Shown: piece after piece, positions 62,174 to 64,000 of the stretch | Layout: each line of letters opens with the position of its first letter | Position numbering within the stretch: position 1 is the first letter of the stretch | Source: Eledone cirrhosa | Lineage: Eukaryota | Assembly (NCBI GenBank): GCA_964016885.1 | Contig: OZ024741.1 | Location: 389,918,001 to 389,982,000, forward strand | DNA length: 64,000 nt | Reading direction: 5' to 3' | Program-made: the position numbers and the translations under genes | Notes under the pieces: model-generated | The model's database searches: none | The model's input: the letters and a program-made list of their open reading frames with translations, nothing else | What the model was told of the DNA's origin: nothing

Positions 62174-64000
62174 ATAAAATCTTTTTGGAGTGCAGCAAAG
62201 GTTACATAGTAGTTCATTTTAGAAAACTAGACCTAGCCTGCATATGCTGAATTGGAACTGATAAATAATGTGTTTTTAACTAACTTGAATGAAGATACAT
62301 GGCCTAGTGTTGGGCTCACAATCATGGGTTAAATTCCTGGACCAGGTAGTGGTGGCACATTGTGTTCTTGAACTAAATACTTTATTTCATGTTGCTCCTT
62401 CTGCTAGGAGTTGCAACTGGCTGATAGTATCAGCAATGGAAAGACTAAGTGAAACATTGTTTTCTTGGTCCCATCTGATGATCAGCTCCTTTCTTTTTTT
62501 TCTGCCAGCAGTTGGTAGATAGTATCTGCAATAGAAAAACCAATTGAAACAGTGTTTCCTTGGTCCTATCTGATGATCGGCTCCTTTCCTTTCTTCTGCT
62601 AGGAGTTGTGACCAGCAGCTAGCAGATAGTATCTGCTGGTCACAACTACAGGGGAATCTTCTCTTGGAATTTTGGACTTATTCTTAATGGCTTGATAAAG
62701 TGAATAAAGTATTATATCCCAAGACACAGTGGAAAATGGACAGCAGATTTGAACACATAACTCATGAGCTGAAGTTGCATTCAAGGCATTATCCACTCAG
62801 TCATCTCTAACCTCAACTTCTAAGTAATTAGATAATATATATTTGGTTTGGTGTAAGCTTTAGAACCAGATAACTTCAAATATATCAGCTATTCTGGGTA
62901 AAAGATAAATACACAGTAAGAATGGGTCAATCATATTGAAATGACTCACAATTACATTGAAATCGGGTTTAAATTATGGCCTGGTCATGTATCATAGGAT
63001 AGTATTGATAATACACATCAATTTATTTTCAATTGTGATGCAGTTGAAGCTGCTAATGGCTATAAGGACTTCTTAATCAAGCATTATAATATTCAAAGCT
63101 TGTAATTCACACACACACATAGACACATGTATATAAGAAAAATCATCAACGAAAAATAACACAGGAGAACAATACAATACAATACAATTACGATATATTG
63201 ATTTAATGTACAATATAATCTGAAAAGATGTGTTTTATGTGAATGTGTGTTTGTCTTTCTCTGTCTTTTCCTCTCTTATATGTATTATTTATATACATTT
63301 GTGTGAGTGTGTATTTTATCAAGCAGGGGCACATATGTAGCGAAACCTGAAGGAGATATTTTCCCATATTCTCAAATAGACTCATTATCAACACACACTG
63401 ACTTTAACCTCAATCAGACTAACTGAGATACCAGTTTCTTTGTTTGAGCTTGCCATATAAATTTACTGCCTTTGTTTAAGAGGGAATCATCAAAGGCCAC
63501 ATGTTGAATGTTTATGGGCAACCCAATCCTTATAAATACAAGAGATTTTAACCCCAGGATGTGGAGTCTGTTTCTTCATTTTGCCACAGACAGGCAGTTT
63601 GTTTTTCAATCTGTAGCCTCACACTCACACTTGCTAGCCATCTCTTCCAGCTCAATGCTATTGGTGTCAACAAAAAGTTAGTAGAATTCACCACTTTTAA
63701 ATTCTACATTCACACACACAATTAACACACTACAATTTTATGTGTACTTTTCCTCCATTGTTCATTATTGCTTACTGTCCATGATTTGAAAGTATATCAT
63801 GCAACCAATAAAAACATATAAAAATTAATTGTTTCTACTTTAGGCACAAGGCCAGCAATTACCCAGTGCATTACTGGTACTATAAAAATTAATGTCATCT
63901 TGTTCATTTATTTATAAATTCATACCTATGTGATTGGGAAGTATCACATCACAACAACAAGCAACTACATTTACTGGTTTCATCAAGCAACAAATCACTC

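Noticed and set aside
1-64000. Host gene exons
   Set aside because: No non-TE ORF with recognisable motifs or convincing splice context was found; small exons of a large gene cannot be excluded without RNA-seq.

Overview
AT-rich animal genomic DNA, probably cephalopod (octopus-like; inferred from the SINE types and the dense (TA)n, (ATT)n and (GAT)n microsatellites). I found no convincing host protein-coding exon; nearly every long ORF belongs to a transposable element. Autonomous-type elements: a young, 5'-truncated Penelope-like element of Naiad type (RT + GIY-YIG, 754-bp inverted pseudo-LTR, in a TA tract), an old second PLE, a near full-length RTE LINE (APE-RT-PHD) with many fragments, Tx1/L1, CR1, R4/Dong and CRE LINE pieces, and DD37D (maT) mariner copies. 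Non-autonomous elements: piggyBac MITEs and two tRNA-SINE families. The most interesting layer is non-coding. At least four unrelated type I hammerhead ribozyme families sit in TA-tract insertions; three share a U10.1-U11.1 mismatch and one has a U3-A8 core swap. One lies in a retrozyme-like element of about 1.25 units of a ~637-nt monomer. The window also holds several fold-back 'inverted arm + tail' insertions in TA tracts, a 3.9-kb 74-bp minisatellite amplified from the last codons of an R4/Dong LINE ORF, and Tx1 copies stacked in (ATT)n tails. All calls were made by eye with no database searches, and boundaries of degraded elements are approximate.
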